From Nitrospinaceae bacterium (GTDB lineage Bacteria; Nitrospinota; Nitrospinia; Nitrospinales; Nitrospinaceae), in the NCBI GenBank assembly GCA_965223665.1, contig OZ245011.1, positions 2,048,001 to 2,112,000 on the forward strand: a stretch of 64,000 nt of DNA. Direction: 5' to 3'. The number at the start of each line of letters is the position of its first letter. Within the stretch, counting starts at the first letter, position 1. The position numbers and the translations under genes were made by a program. The notes beneath the pieces are model-generated. The model was not told where the DNA came from. It ran no database searches and saw nothing but the letters and a program-made list of their open reading frames with translations. Of the stretch, positions 10,747 to 21,113 are shown in pieces.

Positions 10747-12854
10747 TTCTTTTCACCCATTTCTTCTATAAGGGGATTCAGAAAACTATCCACCTCATTG
10801 ACCTTATAATCCAACTCGAATTTTTGATACATCAGCCTGGATTTTTGGTAATACTCTTTTGCCATAGGATAATTGCCTAGAATTTCGTTAACGTAACCCA
10901 GGTTAAACAATGTGGTACCCATATCCGGATGGCTTCCACCAAACGATTTATTTTGGTTGTTCAGCGCTTTTTCAAAATAGGTTTTCGCAGTAACAAAATC
11001 TTCTTTTTGAACCCACGCCGTTCCCATGTTGTTCCAATCAATAGCTACTTTGGGATGGTTTTCTCCAAAGTTTTTTAAATCACTGGACTCGGCCTTTTTA
11101 AAATATTCAATTGCCTTTTCCAGGTTCCCCTTGCCTTGCCAGGCCAATCCAAGGTTATTCCAACTGGTAGCAACATCAGGATGTTGTTCACCAAGATATT
11201 TTTTAAAACGTTCGCTGGCTTTTTCAAAGTACCGGATTGATTGGTCGAAGTCTCCTTTATTTTGCCAGACAAGCCCCAGATTATTCCAATTATGGGCGAG
11301 GTTCGGATATTCTTCCCCAAAGTTTTTAATATCGCTGTGCAGGGACTTGTTGAAAAATTCGATGGCCTTATCATACTCTCCCTTGTAATTCCACACACCT
11401 CCCAAATTATTCCAAAGCGTCGAAACAGAAGGATGATCTTTTCCATATACTTTAAGATTACTATTTAAGGCCTTTTCAAAATACTCAATTGCTTTGTCAT
11501 AATTTCCTTTAGCACTCCACGCTTCCCCCAGAAAATTCCAACTGGTATTATTAAAATGGTGATCACTTCCTAATGAGAGTTGTCGGCTCGCCAGAGCTTT
11601 TTTTAAAAAATCGATCCCCTTATCGGCATCTCCTTTTCGGAGCCAGGCTATCCCCAGTAAATCCCAACCCGTCGAAATTTTGGGATGCGTTTCATCATAA
11701 ACCTTATTAAAAATTTCCTGGGCACTCTGGAACAATTCGATTGCGTGATCGAATTGACCCTGGATCAAAAAAGACAACCCCAATGCACTTTTACTTTCTG
11801 CAACCTCAGGACTGAATTCGCCAGTGGTTTTTAAAAAAATATTTAGTGATTTTTCAAAATTCTCTGTGGCCTTTTCAATTTTTCCCTGCACGACCCAGGC
11901 ACCTCCCAGGTTCAGTAGTACTTCCGCAAACTCTTTATTGTTTTCTCCTATTTCCTTTTTGTTAATTTTAAAAGCTTCTTTCATCAAGGACTCGGTCTTA
12001 TCATATTGCCCCAGGTATATATACGAAATACTCAATTGATTCATAACATCGATCAAGGCAGGATAATCTTTGGAAGAAGAATTTTTATAAAGCCGCTGAG
12101 CTTTTTCCAGATAGGAGATGGCCTCCCGATTTTGTCCAAAATCATTTAAAAACTTTCCAAACTGATTTTGATAGGAAGGGTTTTCCGGACTCAACTGAAT
12201 AGCCTGCTTAAAATTTTTATACGCTTTCGAATAGTTAGCTTGGTTTTCCGCTAACTTGGCAATTTGAAACGCTGCTTCCGCCGCCTGTTTTTGAGTCTGC
12301 TCTAAAGATTTTAAGTTTTCACTCAAAGCCTGTTGGAACAAGGCTTCTGCTTTTTCCGTCTTACCTTTGGCCAGGTTTGACTGGGCTTCTGCCAGTTGAT
12401 CTTTAGGAATAGACGGCTGCCGCTCTAAGGCCGCCGTCGCCTCGGCCAATAGAATTTTAGTTTTTTCCAGATCTTTCTCGACATGTTTCAGTCGGTCTTC
12501 GGTAAACTTCAATACCTTTTCTAATAGCCCGACTTTTTCCTTATCCTTTTGCTGGCCCTTCTCATATTCACTTTTCAACTGCTCGCGGACTCTGTTGATT
12601 TCTTTTTCCAGTTCGCGTTTATGATCCTCCAGCGTGATGCCAATGTTGATTATTTTATTTCCCTGGACTTTATCTCCCTGAACCTGGTCTCCGAGATGCA
12701 CCTGTCCCTGGTTATTTTGGATGTCTCCAACCTGGTTTTCCTGGGCAAAAGCCCCCGGCACCCTCCCCAAAAAACCGCACACCAAAACGGCTCCTATATA
12801 TAAGGAAACAACTAATGATTTTTTTCGGTATTTAAGTGTCATTTTCGCACTCAT
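10743..12854 (-). CDS. Exported coiled-coil + TPR protein
   Basis: Signal peptide ending AFA, coiled coil, more than 10 TPR units. Its stop overlaps the caspase start (ATGA). Confidence 0.88.
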   Translation of the reverse strand: MSAKMTLKYRKKSLVVSLYIGAVLVCGFLGRVPGAFAQENQVGDIQNNQGQVHLGDQVQGDKVQGNKIINIGITLEDHKRELEKEINRVREQLKSEYEKGQQKDKEKVGLLEKVLKFTEDRLKHVEKDLEKTKILLAEATAALERQPSIPKDQLAEAQSNLAKGKTEKAEALFQQALSENLKSLEQTQKQAAEAAFQIAKLAENQANYSKAYKNFKQAIQLSPENPSYQNQFGKFLNDFGQNREAISYLEKAQRLYKNSSSKDYPALIDVMNQLSISYIYLGQYDKTESLMKEAFKINKKEIGENNKEFAEVLLNLGGAWVVQGKIEKATENFEKSLNIFLKTTGEFSPEVAESKSALGLSFLIQGQFDHAIELFQSAQEIFNKVYDETHPKISTGWDLLGIAWLRKGDADKGIDFLKKALASRQLSLGSDHHFNNTSWNFLGEAWSAKGNYDKAIEYFEKALNSNLKVYGKDHPSVSTLWNNLGGVWNYKGEYDKAIEFFNKSLHSDIKNFGEEYPNLAHNWNNLGLVWQNKGDFDQSIRYFEKASERFKKYLGEQHPDVATSWNNLGLAWQGKGNLEKAIEYFKKAESSDLKNFGENHPKVAIDWNNMGTAWVQKEDFVTAKTYFEKALNNQNKSFGGSHPDMGTTLFNLGYVNEILGNYPMAKEYYQKSRLMYQKFELDYKVNEVDSFLNPLIEEMGEKK

Positions 12855-13315
12855 TTATTACAAATTTAGGGATAGAGGGCTGTTACTGCACTTGAAAATT
12901 TCGCTATTATTATAATTTTTTTTCCAAAATATGCACCCTCACCCAAAACTCCCCCTCTGAAATTGGCGGAAATTATTGATTTTAAAAATTTTACAGCTCA
13001 TACTACCGATTAAATTCCGTCCCAGTTCCTATAAAAACAAGTTTTCAACGAATCGTAACACATAAAATGAGTCTATAGAGAGGGTTTCATTATTAATTGC
13101 CGACGGTTTGTCGAGCAATTTATGACAAAAGGGACTATATTTAATGACAGCATTAATATAGTTAAAACGATATTGATTGAAGTTCCCCGGTGTTATTTTC
13201 AGAATAGGTAATCGGTAACTCTATAGACATGTGAGCGGTGAGATGAGCGGTTCAAAAATTCATAGGGTGGGTTCGCCGAAAAATTTTTAAATTTGAAATC
13301 GACAAAGGGGGAAAC

Positions 13316-15832
13316 ATGAAGCCATTCAAATTTTCAGGGGCAATTTTAATTGCCAGTATTTTTTTATTGAACTGTATCACTGTATCCTGGGCACAGTCCA
13401 TTTCCGGTTTAGCATCTATTAAGGAAGCCACCAAGTCCAAAGGAAAAGTGCGTGTCATCGTTAGACTCAAAACAGCCACCCCAAGACCAACCGAAGCCTT
13501 ATTGAAAGGTGTTCGGTCCACCTTTTCCTCTACCATGTCTGCGGCCGGCGTTCAGGATTCTGAAGCGATCCCCGGGTCCGCTTTAATGGTTTTGACGTTG
13601 AATGATCAAGAGTTGCAGGCTCTGGAGAGAAGCGGACAAGTCACACAAATGTTCGAGGACAAAGCGTATCCTCCAAGCTTGAATCAGGCAGTCCCTCACG
13701 TCAATGGTGACGATACCTGGAACCTCGGGTTTACGGGAAGTGGACAAACCATCGCCATTTTAGATACCGGCGTGGATTCCAACCATTCCTTTTTTCAAAA
13801 CCGAATCGTGGCGGAAGCTTGTTTTTCCAGCACCGTACCCGGACAAGGCTCTACCTCGGTATGTCCTAACGGTCAAAACCAGCAAATAGGTCAAGGGGCC
13901 GGTAAGGATTGCACGAATACGATCAGCAGCTGTAGCCATGGAACTCACGTGGCCGGAATTGCCGCGGGAAATGGTGGAGATTTCTCCGGTGTGGCCAAGG
14001 ATGCCAATATTATTTCCATTCAGGTGTTTTCCAAATTTACCGATCAACCGGGTGGTGCCTCGAATTGTGCCAACGCCGGTCGACCTTCCCCCTGTATGCT
14101 CACATATATTTCTGATCAAATTAAAGCGCTGCAACATGTACGCACCCTGGCCAATACCATGGAAATCGCCTCGGTCAACATGAGTCTCGGCGGAGGAAAA
14201 TCTGTTTCGCATTGTGATAACGATCCTACAAAAGAATCGATTGATCAACTTCGTGGTTTGGACATTGCCACCGTCATTGCATCAGGAAACAGTTCGCATA
14301 CTGATGGAGTGGGTTTTCCATCCTGTGTTTCCTCCGCAATCACAGTCGGAGCCACGGCCCGATTTGTAGACAGTGTCGCCAGTTTTTCCAACAGTTCTCC
14401 ATTGATAGACTTGTTGGCTCCCGGTGTTAGCATCCGCGCCGCAGTTCCTGGCGGAGGATTGGGAAATAAAAGCGGAACTTCCATGGCTACTCCAATGGTC
14501 GCCGGGGCCTGGGCGGTTTTGATGCAGCAAAATCCAACCGCAACCGTTTCGGACATTGAAACTGTATTAAAAGACACTGGCGTCCTGGTAACCGATAACC
14601 GCAACAACGTCACCAAGCCTCGCATTGATATTCTTAAAGCGGCACAAGGTGGCGGACCACAACTGACGGCTGATATGGAGCTTGAGTTGAAAGGCAGTCC
14701 TAATGAAGTTTCACCCGGAATGGACGTGGCTTACACCTACACCATCAAAAACGTAGGCACCAAAGCCGGCGAAGCCAGACTGGTGAGTCATATCACTCCG
14801 GAAATCGAGTTTAAATCCGTATCCGCTAACAGTTGTAAAAATTCGCCCCAGGATGTGGTTTGTGAATTGTTCACCATTCAGCCCCAGGCGCACAAAGAAG
14901 TGACCATTAACTACACGGTCAAACAAACTTCCGCGACGCTGATCAACCATAACGCCGAAGTTCAAAGTCAGGATGACAGCAACTCGAATAATAATACCGC
15001 CTCGATACAGACTGCGGTAGCTCCTGCAACCGTTGCCGGCTCTCACTGTCTGTCACCGGATGTGAACATTGCGGACAATGACAACAAAGGGGTGTCCAGC
15101 ATGATGACTGTGGCGAACTCGACTTCTGCCACAAACTTGAAAGTGAAACTGGAAGTGGATCATAACTGGGTGGGTGATATCAAAGCCACACTCCGACATA
15201 TCCCGACCAATACAGTGATCACTTTGCTGGATCGACCGGGCCTTTCAACCTCAGCTTTTGGTTGTGGCAAAAATAATATCGATGTCACATTTGATGACTC
15301 AGCCTCGGAAGAAGCCAATGCAGCCTGCGAAACTCCCATTGCCATCGAAGGTAATTTGAAACCGGTTCAAACTCTGGCTTCGTTTGCAGGTGCCGATGCT
15401 AAAGGCGATTGGAAATTGAATGTGGCTGATATGGATGCTGGCGAAGCCGGTAAGCTCAAGAAGTGGTGCCTGGAATTGGAATCACCGGGTTTACCGCAAG
15501 TGGCAATCGCACCGGCACCTACGAAGGGAAATATTCAAAGCGCCAATCAGGAAGATAAATATGCGTTTACCATTCAGCAACCAGGAGATTACCAGGTGGT
15601 GGTCACAGGAAACCCGCAGGTTCAAATTTCGGTCCATTCGAAAGACAACCCGGGAACTCCCGTGGCTTCAGGCAATAACCAAACTGTGATCTCCGCTTTA
15701 GGAACCGGCGTGTATCATTTAACCGTCACTCCTAAAGATAATCAACAAACAGGAGACTACCAGCTGCAAGTGCACTCATTGAATCAGGGCAGTACCTCGG
15801 TGGCTGGACTGGCTTCTACATCGGATCAGTAA
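13316..15832 (+). CDS. Secreted S8 subtilase with prodomain, DUF11-like Ig domain, P-proprotein domain and C-terminal PPC-like domain
   Basis: Catalytic ILDTG, HGTHVAG, GTSMATP. P-domain motif HNWVGDI...GDWKLNVAD. RBS AAAGGGGG. Confidence 0.93.
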   Translation: MKPFKFSGAILIASIFLLNCITVSWAQSISGLASIKEATKSKGKVRVIVRLKTATPRPTEALLKGVRSTFSSTMSAAGVQDSEAIPGSALMVLTLNDQELQALERSGQVTQMFEDKAYPPSLNQAVPHVNGDDTWNLGFTGSGQTIAILDTGVDSNHSFFQNRIVAEACFSSTVPGQGSTSVCPNGQNQQIGQGAGKDCTNTISSCSHGTHVAGIAAGNGGDFSGVAKDANIISIQVFSKFTDQPGGASNCANAGRPSPCMLTYISDQIKALQHVRTLANTMEIASVNMSLGGGKSVSHCDNDPTKESIDQLRGLDIATVIASGNSSHTDGVGFPSCVSSAITVGATARFVDSVASFSNSSPLIDLLAPGVSIRAAVPGGGLGNKSGTSMATPMVAGAWAVLMQQNPTATVSDIETVLKDTGVLVTDNRNNVTKPRIDILKAAQGGGPQLTADMELELKGSPNEVSPGMDVAYTYTIKNVGTKAGEARLVSHITPEIEFKSVSANSCKNSPQDVVCELFTIQPQAHKEVTINYTVKQTSATLINHNAEVQSQDDSNSNNNTASIQTAVAPATVAGSHCLSPDVNIADNDNKGVSSMMTVANSTSATNLKVKLEVDHNWVGDIKATLRHIPTNTVITLLDRPGLSTSAFGCGKNNIDVTFDDSASEEANAACETPIAIEGNLKPVQTLASFAGADAKGDWKLNVADMDAGEAGKLKKWCLELESPGLPQVAIAPAPTKGNIQSANQEDKYAFTIQQPGDYQVVVTGNPQVQISVHSKDNPGTPVASGNNQTVISALGTGVYHLTVTPKDNQQTGDYQLQVHSLNQGSTSVAGLASTSDQ

Positions 15833-15833
15833 C

Positions 15834-16265
15834 ATGAGTTTGCGACAATGGATTTCCGGGATAGTGATTTGCCTTGTGATGGGTTTCTCCCCAGCCATTA
15901 ACGCAGATCACTTTCCGGAACCTGTTGTGGATAAAGAATCGAAAGCCCTGGAGTTGCAAATTCAAACTTTGCGCGCCAAACTCCAGGACATTAAGGCGGT
16001 GCGCGTCTTAGTCAAGTTGAAAAAGGAAACCAGGGAGGAGTCGCCTCCTCCCTCGGTTCCGCAACCACCGGGTTCACTTTCGAAAGCACAGGAAAGTTTT
16101 GTGCAGCAAGTCGCCGGCCAGGGCGTAACGGCTTTGGAACCGCTGCAGGGAACCTCGCTGGTGTTGATGACTTTAACGGAAGAAGGTCTGGAGCGTGTGA
16201 TCGCAACTCAACAAGTCCAAACCATCCACGAAGACAGCCCCCTCCAACCATTTGGGATAAGGTAG
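15834..16265 (+). CDS. Secreted stand-alone subtilase prodomain-like (I9-like) protein
   Basis: VRVLVKLK...GTSLVLMTLTEEGLERVIATQQVQTIHED aligns with S8 prodomain VRVIVRLK...GSALMVLTLNDQELQALERSGQVTQMFED. Has its own signal peptide. Confidence 0.75.
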   Translation: MSLRQWISGIVICLVMGFSPAINADHFPEPVVDKESKALELQIQTLRAKLQDIKAVRVLVKLKKETREESPPPSVPQPPGSLSKAQESFVQQVAGQGVTALEPLQGTSLVLMTLTEEGLERVIATQQVQTIHEDSPLQPFGIR

Positions 16266-16300
16266 AGAGTTACTCTTGCTACAAATGATAGTCACGCAAT

Positions 16301-19300
16301 TTAATCCCTGGGAGGGTCAACAAACCCGGTTCCCCAATCTCGGCAAACAATTCGGTCCGCACGAATTCCACCGCAAAGGCCGCTGGTGCCTGCTTCACTG
16401 CAGTTGATATATGGATCTTTCCCCAAAGCTTTTTGAAATCCCAACATGTTCACTGTGGGAGCCCCACAACCTGAGTCCGGTGGACAATTGATATAAGGTG
16501 CCATGGAACCCCAGGTTAAAGTGAGTTCATCCGTTCGCTGGGAGTTAGCAAAATATGAATTTGCAAAAGATTTTGCAGGCTCAGGAATTTCAACATTTTG
16601 CTCACACTGATCCAGGTGAGGTGGACAATTATTCATAGCTTCACAACGGTTTTGAACTGCTTGATCACAACTAGGCTCTCCTGAAGTACCTCCACTTTCT
16701 GTTTCAGGTTGGGATGGCTGGTCCTCTTCTTCTGGTGTTTCAGGAGTATTCCCTCCAGAAGTCACAGGTTGATTTCCTTCGTCGGGGTCGCCAACGATAA
16801 TCCTAGGAGCTGGTGGTGGTTCAGGTGGGTTCCCATCATAAATTTCGTTAAAACCCCTCGCAATATCATCACTAAATTCAATTACAGCATCCCCAATTCT
16901 ATCCGGAATAGATCCTACAAATGGAATGTCCTTTGTATATTTTGCCCAATTCTTTAAACCTTGTCCTAAATATTCCACATCTTCAGCAGTAACATCCATC
17001 GCCCAGCTCCTTTTAACATTTAAGTCTTTAAAGGATTTGGCTGTTTTGAAAGGGGCAAATTTTTCAGACTTGGTCAAAGAAAGCGTTTCTCTAAAAAGTT
17101 GATGTGAAAATGTTGATGCAATTCCCTTAGGATACCATGCCGCCATCATTGCATCCTCCATAGCCAAAAGTTTGCTAACTGAGCCGGAATTGATAGCCGT
17201 TTTAAATGGATCAGACAGACTCCTTATGTTAGGGAGAGACATCCCAGGACGGTATCCTTGAACAAGTTCTTTTGCTTTTCTATAGGTATCCCAAAAAGTT
17301 CGTTCTAAGGGGGCTCGATTAAAATTATATTGAGTCGCTCTATTTTCAGGTCCGACTTCATATACTCTCAAAAATTCTGGTAGTTGTTGGCTTTCATTTA
17401 ATATACGATGTGCTAAAAAATTTTGTGTCAAATGTGTTTCACTCAAACCAAGCACCACTCCATATAAAGTAGCATAATTTTTACTTAAGATATTCCCCAT
17501 TAAACCTCGGCTAGCATTACCTCCATGAACCTGAAAGTTTTCAGGACAATCCCCGGTGACTTCTACTGCCCCACCAGAGTTTTGATTTCCTGCGTTTGGG
17601 TCAAAGACAGCTCTCCATCGTACTTTCCAAGTGCCGGAATGACTTTGAGAATCAGGAAGTTTAATACGAATGCTATTACCATCTAAACCAAAGACAAAAC
17701 AGGAATGGGTTAATGGATTTTGATTTCCTCGGCAGTTTCGAATGGTTTGAGAGGCACCTCGACTGCCGGCGGGTGTAATGACTTCTACTTCATGGCGAAA
17801 AGTGAGAAAGTTATCTGCAATTAACTTGACTATAAGGTCATTATCTTTGCTAACTGAAGCTTCATCGATATGAAGTGAGATAGTTTTCCACTGATTAGAA
17901 GATTTTAAGCCATTAAAAATTTCTTTTACTGCAAAATAATCACTTGATTTACCCGAAACTTTAAGCGACCAACTCATGAGATAACTTACTGAAACATTCA
18001 ATTCTCTTCCCGTTTCAGGGTCTACTTTAATAATTTGAAGTTTCCAGGTTCCATCCACTAATTTTCCTTTTAAGCTTGCAGGAATTGGAATTCCTCCTGA
18101 TCCTAATTTGACCCTGTAACGAGATCCATTTTGGGGATTATTCTTTAACCAAATGGATTCGCCTGTTGGGCTAACCAGCTTGACTTTGGTGTCTGTAATA
18201 TTATTTATGCCCGGACGAATTCTATTTAAATCTATAAGATCGGGCCGATGCATAATTGCAAATTTCACTTCAGCCGAGGAAAGATGAACCCCTGAAGCAA
18301 TGAGATTAGAAGCCCCTAATGCTGCATTTTTTATTGGGCCTGTTTGATTAAATCCATTAAAAAATTGGCGTACAACATTTTTTCGGGAAGGAAATGGGGT
18401 TAATTTTCCTTTCATCTTTAAGTTTACAGATTTGATATCAAATCGGGAAACGTAGGTTTTGGGAAGGGACAAATTGGTGGCAGTGGACCGAATAAGTAGA
18501 GCAATTTCTTTTCCATCCATTAAATCCCGATTTAATGAATCATGAAGTAACGGTCGTGTATCTCGTACTAAAATTGTCCATTTACCCGAACTCATTTTGG
18601 ACTGAATATCATTTGTTAAAGTGTATTTTAAGTTGTTTTTTGTATAAGTAGCTCTGTCTATACCATGTCTTGAAATAAAAGCCGCTTTATCTCTACTGCT
18701 ACATATTTCGAAAATAGCATTTCCCTTCCCCCACCATTTAGTGTTAGGACACTTAACCTTTTTAACTTTGATTTTCTTATTTCTATCAAATGTAGGGAAG
18801 CCATACCGATCCAAAATCGGATGAACAAGTTTGGCTTGTCGGCCTTGGCTTACCTCCAACCTTGCAATTCCTGGTAATTTAGAAACAGGGTAGTTCATAC
18901 TGATATTGGATCCTGAAGGCTCATAATGAAAAGCGTTTCCAACAAGATAGGAATCTCCATCGGGCGAAATGAGATATACTTCCACTTCATCAAAATTAGA
19001 TTTGGTTAATTGGAGAGGAGTCGTTGCCAATCCATTATTTGTTGATAATTTTGAGGGCTGCAACTTTAAATTGATCTGAATTTTTTCTAAATTTGCATTG
19101 TAGGCTAAAGGAACATCTATAGTAGCTATTTGTATTGGGGTTTGAAAAATAGAATTTAGATTCTGACTAATGACTTTTCCTTTATAAGTTTTTTCAAAAA
19201 CCCAACCCGGGCGAATTTGATTTCGCCTCAAGTGGTCAGCTATTGCATCTCTAAAAGGATCAGGGATTTCTCTGTCTTGGGCATAGGTAAAATTTCCACT

Positions 19301-19351
19301 GGATAAAAACAATATTATTAAGTACGCAATGATTATCAATTTTTTTCTCAT
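16301..19351 (-). CDS. Large secreted hypothetical protein with degenerate P-domain-like repeats and a Cys-rich tail
   Basis: Signal peptide ending TYA-Q. Three LxSPxG ... GxW pairs, Pro/Glu linker, Cys-rich C-terminus. Visibly AT-rich. Confidence 0.75.
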   Translation of the reverse strand: MRKKLIIIAYLIILFLSSGNFTYAQDREIPDPFRDAIADHLRRNQIRPGWVFEKTYKGKVISQNLNSIFQTPIQIATIDVPLAYNANLEKIQINLKLQPSKLSTNNGLATTPLQLTKSNFDEVEVYLISPDGDSYLVGNAFHYEPSGSNISMNYPVSKLPGIARLEVSQGRQAKLVHPILDRYGFPTFDRNKKIKVKKVKCPNTKWWGKGNAIFEICSSRDKAAFISRHGIDRATYTKNNLKYTLTNDIQSKMSSGKWTILVRDTRPLLHDSLNRDLMDGKEIALLIRSTATNLSLPKTYVSRFDIKSVNLKMKGKLTPFPSRKNVVRQFFNGFNQTGPIKNAALGASNLIASGVHLSSAEVKFAIMHRPDLIDLNRIRPGINNITDTKVKLVSPTGESIWLKNNPQNGSRYRVKLGSGGIPIPASLKGKLVDGTWKLQIIKVDPETGRELNVSVSYLMSWSLKVSGKSSDYFAVKEIFNGLKSSNQWKTISLHIDEASVSKDNDLIVKLIADNFLTFRHEVEVITPAGSRGASQTIRNCRGNQNPLTHSCFVFGLDGNSIRIKLPDSQSHSGTWKVRWRAVFDPNAGNQNSGGAVEVTGDCPENFQVHGGNASRGLMGNILSKNYATLYGVVLGLSETHLTQNFLAHRILNESQQLPEFLRVYEVGPENRATQYNFNRAPLERTFWDTYRKAKELVQGYRPGMSLPNIRSLSDPFKTAINSGSVSKLLAMEDAMMAAWYPKGIASTFSHQLFRETLSLTKSEKFAPFKTAKSFKDLNVKRSWAMDVTAEDVEYLGQGLKNWAKYTKDIPFVGSIPDRIGDAVIEFSDDIARGFNEIYDGNPPEPPPAPRIIVGDPDEGNQPVTSGGNTPETPEEEDQPSQPETESGGTSGEPSCDQAVQNRCEAMNNCPPHLDQCEQNVEIPEPAKSFANSYFANSQRTDELTLTWGSMAPYINCPPDSGCGAPTVNMLGFQKALGKDPYINCSEAGTSGLCGGIRADRIVCRDWGTGFVDPPRD

Positions 19352-19535
19352 GTACTTCCCCTTTTAATCTATGCTTTTAAGGTTTATCTTTTACACAATT
19401 TTTCAAATAATGCTTTCCTACATTTCCTTGAAATGGATTAAAAAAATAAATGGGTTCGATTGATTTTTCGGACGGATCTTAAAAATCAGCTTTCCTTATT
19501 TAAAATTCCATTTTCAAAATAAGATTCGGTGGGAA

Positions 19536-19676
19536 TCAATTATCCTCCAACAAACTTCCGGCAACCCAGTCATGTTCTCCAGCAGCCGTTCGACCATTAC
19601 CGCCGCTGACGCTGGCCCAACTATCACTTGCAGAATTCATTCTTCCTCCACTGACACTGGAACTATTTCCACTCGT
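19536..19676 (-). pseudogene. Orphan 3' fragment of the SSVSGG-repeat family
   Basis: Reads SGNSSSVSGGRMNSASDSWASVSGGNGRTAAGEHDWVAGSLLEDN*, directly behind the stop of 19690-21090. Confidence 0.85.
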
Positions 19677-19689
19677 AGTATGGGACGAA

Positions 19690-21090
19690 TTATTCTAATA
19701 AACTGCCTGCTGCCCAATTCCAAGTACGGGGAGCGACAACAGTTAGTCCACCACTGATACTTGATGCTATTCCTTCTGGAATGTTATTTTGACCGCCGCT
19801 GACACTGGATGCTTCTCCATCCGCATTATTGAATCGACCTCCGCTGACACTGGAGTCTTCTCCACTCGCATCATTGGATCTACCACCACTGACACTGGAG
19901 TCCCTCCCAATCGCACTATTACCACTGCCACCACTGACGCTGGAGTCATCTCCAATCGCATTATTACCACCGCCACCACTGACACTTGAGCCCCATCCAG
20001 TTGCTTCATTAAATCGACCACCGCTGACACTGGAGTAAGGCCCATTAGCTTCATTATTACGGCCACCGCCGACACTGGCGTAAGCGGCTGAGGTTGCAAT
20101 GTTTTGCAATCCTCCGGAAACGCTGGTGTACGGTGCATTGATCCAGTTATCTCTAGCTACAACGAGTCCGCCGAAGCTGGTGTAGTTGTGTCCATGACCG
20201 ATGACCACGTTGTGCGAACCGGATTTATCAGTTACAGGAGTGCCGTCCCCCTTATAAGGATGGATGTGTTCGTTATAACCGACAATGAGATTCCCTAAAC
20301 CATTGACCGATCCGCTGTTGCTGTCCGGATCAGAAGGATTCCCATTAGTGGCACCAAGACCGTTGCGGATATGAATATTCAATCCGTTAAAATAAAGTTC
20401 ATTTCCTCCTCGGCTCACTCCAAAAAACAGAGCCTGAAGGGCATCCAATTCCGCCGTTAAAGCATCTATTTCCTCCTGCAACGATGCCAGGGTAGGTCCG
20501 CCACCGTTGTCGGTATAGGTCACTTCCAAAGTGGGAGGAGGGCCCTGCGATTCGTTGGAATCCATCACAATGCCGTTATTCGTGCCGCCCGTGCGGAGGA
20601 TCAGGCCATTGTTCGGAATCGATCCGTCCACCCAGCCCTGAACCAGTGCAACGCCGCTGGCGTTCAGCACGCTTATCCCCACACCGGACGTAAACGGCGG
20701 AACAGTGGCGAGCACGGTAGGACCTTGATCCAAATCGTTCCAATCCACCGTTGCTTCCGACCAAGCGGAGTCCTGCGAATAAAAGTTATAAACTCCGGAA
20801 CTGTTATTCGTGTAATTAAACGAAACCGAAGCACCGGTCACCGTTGCACTCGCTGGGATAGAAGAGATGTCCCATTGCACAATAGTGACAATTTCTCCAT
20901 AAGTGCCAGTATCCGGATCCTGACTCACCCCGTCGGCAAGTAATACCGTTTCGCTGCCATAGTTTTTGGTGGGTGATGTACTTCGTGCATAACCGTCTTC
21001 CGCATTGGTGAAGGTATCGGTCACAGCAAAGGAAGAAGTGTAGGAAAATAGAACTAAAACAAATATAAAAAGCTTCACTATGGATTTCAT
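19690..21090 (-). CDS. Secreted DNRLRE-like domain + coiled coil + 9 x 14-aa SSVSGG repeat protein
   Basis: Signal peptide, DxYxxxxxPxxNYG / WSE / GW..NNG / PxLEVTY motifs, NGLGNLIVGYNE, SGSHN, repeats, ends WAAGSLLE. Confidence 0.85.
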   Translation of the reverse strand: MKSIVKLFIFVLVLFSYTSSFAVTDTFTNAEDGYARSTSPTKNYGSETVLLADGVSQDPDTGTYGEIVTIVQWDISSIPASATVTGASVSFNYTNNSSGVYNFYSQDSAWSEATVDWNDLDQGPTVLATVPPFTSGVGISVLNASGVALVQGWVDGSIPNNGLILRTGGTNNGIVMDSNESQGPPPTLEVTYTDNGGGPTLASLQEEIDALTAELDALQALFFGVSRGGNELYFNGLNIHIRNGLGATNGNPSDPDSNSGSVNGLGNLIVGYNEHIHPYKGDGTPVTDKSGSHNVVIGHGHNYTSFGGLVVARDNWINAPYTSVSGGLQNIATSAAYASVGGGRNNEANGPYSSVSGGRFNEATGWGSSVSGGGGNNAIGDDSSVSGGSGNSAIGRDSSVSGGRSNDASGEDSSVSGGRFNNADGEASSVSGGQNNIPEGIASSISGGLTVVAPRTWNWAAGSLLE

Positions 21091-21113
21091 ACCCTTTACT
21101 CCACAAAGAAAAT

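Noticed and set aside
19536-19676. Diversity-generating retroelement template repeat
   Set aside because: No reverse transcriptase in the window, and no near-identical partner differing only at adenines.
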